Shown here piece by piece: positions 62,667 through 64,000 of a stretch of 64,000 nt of DNA. The stretch's first letter is position 1, and each line of letters begins with the position of its first letter. The stretch comes from Chloroflexota bacterium (GTDB lineage Bacteria > Chloroflexota > Dehalococcoidia > Lucifugimonadales > Lucifugimonadaceae), in NCBI GenBank assembly GCA_002719295.1, contig PBHC01000005.1, positions 64,001 to 128,000 of the forward strand. The letters run 5' to 3'. Made by a program: the position numbers and the translations under genes. The notes under the pieces are model-generated. The model made no database searches. It was given only the letters and a program-made list of their open reading frames with translations, and was not told the DNA's origin.

Positions 62667-64000
62667 TTAGCTTACGATTTTTCCTCCAGTTACACTATCG
62701 TCATTGTAGTATCTACTAAATCGTCCTTCTTGCTGAGTAATAACTTCAATAAGTGCACTTTGGCCATCTTTATTTGTTTTTTGAGCATCTTTTATAGCTG
62801 GAACTATTTCTTCTGGTTTTTCAACATAAATTCCTTTGGCTCCTAGCCCTTCAGCAATTGTAGTGTAGGAACCTGTATTGTTTCCAGCTCCATATCTCTC
62901 CATAGCTGTAGGCATATGATGATCATAACCACCCATTGTACTATTATTTAATAAAATAGTTGTAATAGGGTTTTCAGATCTAACTGAAGTTTCTAAATCT
63001 AAACCAGAAAGACCAAAAGCTGTATCTCCCATAAAGTTAACACAAAACTTATCAGGGTGAGCTATTTTAGCTCCAATTACTAATGGTAATCCATATCCTA
63101 AATGAGTAGATTTACCCCATCCAATATAACTGTTTGGGACTGTTGCCGGATAGAAAGGCATAATTTGATCTCTAGGATGACCTGCGTCATGAGTCATTAT
63201 TGTATTTTCATGATCAACTGCGTTATTAATTTCAGTAATCAATCTGTATGGATTTATAGGAACATCGTTAGAATTTAATAGCGGTGCCCAATCTGCTTCC
63301 CATTCTTTTTTTACTTGAGCAATTGATTCTACTATTTTTGTATCTTTAGTTCTTGAATCTCCATAAGTTCCTTTTGCTTCATCAATAAGCATTTTTAGAG
63401 TAGATTTCACATCTCCTAATAGTCCAATTTCGGTTGGATATTCTTTATCAATATCTTCAATATTATTTGTATTGTGAATTATAGATTTACCTTCTGGTAT
63501 GTCTATTCCAAAAGTGGTTCTTGAAAAGCTAGCCCCTAAACCAATAAGTACATCGGAGTCCTTCAGCCAAGACCAAACAGCTTTAGGAGCAGTTCTATTT
63601 GCAGCTCCTAATGATAGAGGATGACGTTCATCAAAAGCAGATTTTCCTGGCATCGTTGTAATAACTGGAATTTGCATTATTTCTGCAAATTCTTTTAGTT
63701 CTTCAGTTGCTGCACCATATAGGATTCCTTGACCTGCCCAAATTACGGGGTTTTTAGCAGTTCCAAGAGCTTTTATAGCATCCTTAACATTTGAAAGACT
63801 TGGAGCAGTCAAATTACTATTAGGACTTGAATAATCATCAGTGTTATCTACTTCTCCTGCCATAGCATCGCTTCTCATTTCAAGAAGCACAGGTCCTGGC
63901 CTGCCATTTTTTAATGCCGACATGGCTCTTCTCATTTGAGTAGAAATTTCGGAACTCTTTGTTATTGAAGAACACCATTTAGTTATGTTTGCAAAGTTAG
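62667..64000 (-). CDS. Thiamine-diphosphate-dependent enzyme (acetolactate synthase-like), 5'-partial
   Basis: GRPGPVLLE, GD...NN TPP motif (MGDTAFG...LLNN). The frame stays open from 63935 to the window edge. Confidence 0.9.
   Translation of the reverse strand, partial: NFANITKWCSSITKSSEISTQMRRAMSALKNGRPGPVLLEMRSDAMAGEVDNTDDYSSPNSNLTAPSLSNVKDAIKALGTAKNPVIWAGQGILYGAATEELKEFAEIMQIPVITTMPGKSAFDERHPLSLGAANRTAPKAVWSWLKDSDVLIGLGASFSRTTFGIDIPEGKSIIHNTNNIEDIDKEYPTEIGLLGDVKSTLKMLIDEAKGTYGDSRTKDTKIVESIAQVKKEWEADWAPLLNSNDVPINPYRLITEINNAVDHENTIMTHDAGHPRDQIMPFYPATVPNSYIGWGKSTHLGYGLPLVIGAKIAHPDKFCVNFMGDTAFGLSGLDLETSVRSENPITTILLNNSTMGGYDHHMPTAMERYGAGNNTGSYTTIAEGLGAKGIYVEKPEEIVPAIKDAQKTNKDGQSALIEVITQQEGRFSRYYNDDSVTGGKIVS

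Overview
A very AT-rich, gene-dense bacterial chromosome segment. The gene content (LLM-class flavin monooxygenase, enolase-superfamily paralogs, PAC2 protein, HspR-type regulators, variant F1 P-loops) suggests a streamlined Chloroflexota/Dehalococcoidia (SAR202-like) genome; this assignment is an inference. Most of the window is housekeeping: a polyprenyl synthase (partial), hspR-clpC-ispDF-cysS, gatB-secG, sufBCDU, rlmB, ilvD, an M1 aminopeptidase, pyrR-pyrB-pyrC-carA-carB, modABC-pyrF, a complete F1Fo ATP synthase operon, hspR-grpE-dnaK, pyk and RNase P RNA, interleaved with catabolic genes. I found no CRISPR array, tRNA, rRNA or intact mobile element. The most notable unexplained items are: (1) a ~175-nt unit at 30.6-30.8 kb with its own promoter, a strong Shine-Dalgarno (SD) site, an 11-codon micro-ORF, mutually exclusive SD/anti-SD pairings and a 25-bp hairpin; (2) a large-serine-recombinase homolog lacking its catalytic motifs, sitting between a DUF164 gene and rnpB; (3) an ATP synthase with a ~130-aa His/Cys-containing insert in subunit a and a tail-less epsilon subunit; (4) two HspR paralogs, one apparently starting at ATT, each with a candidate palindromic operator; (5) an unannotated 51-aa Zn-ribbon gene. 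All family calls come from motif recognition by eye, not database searches.
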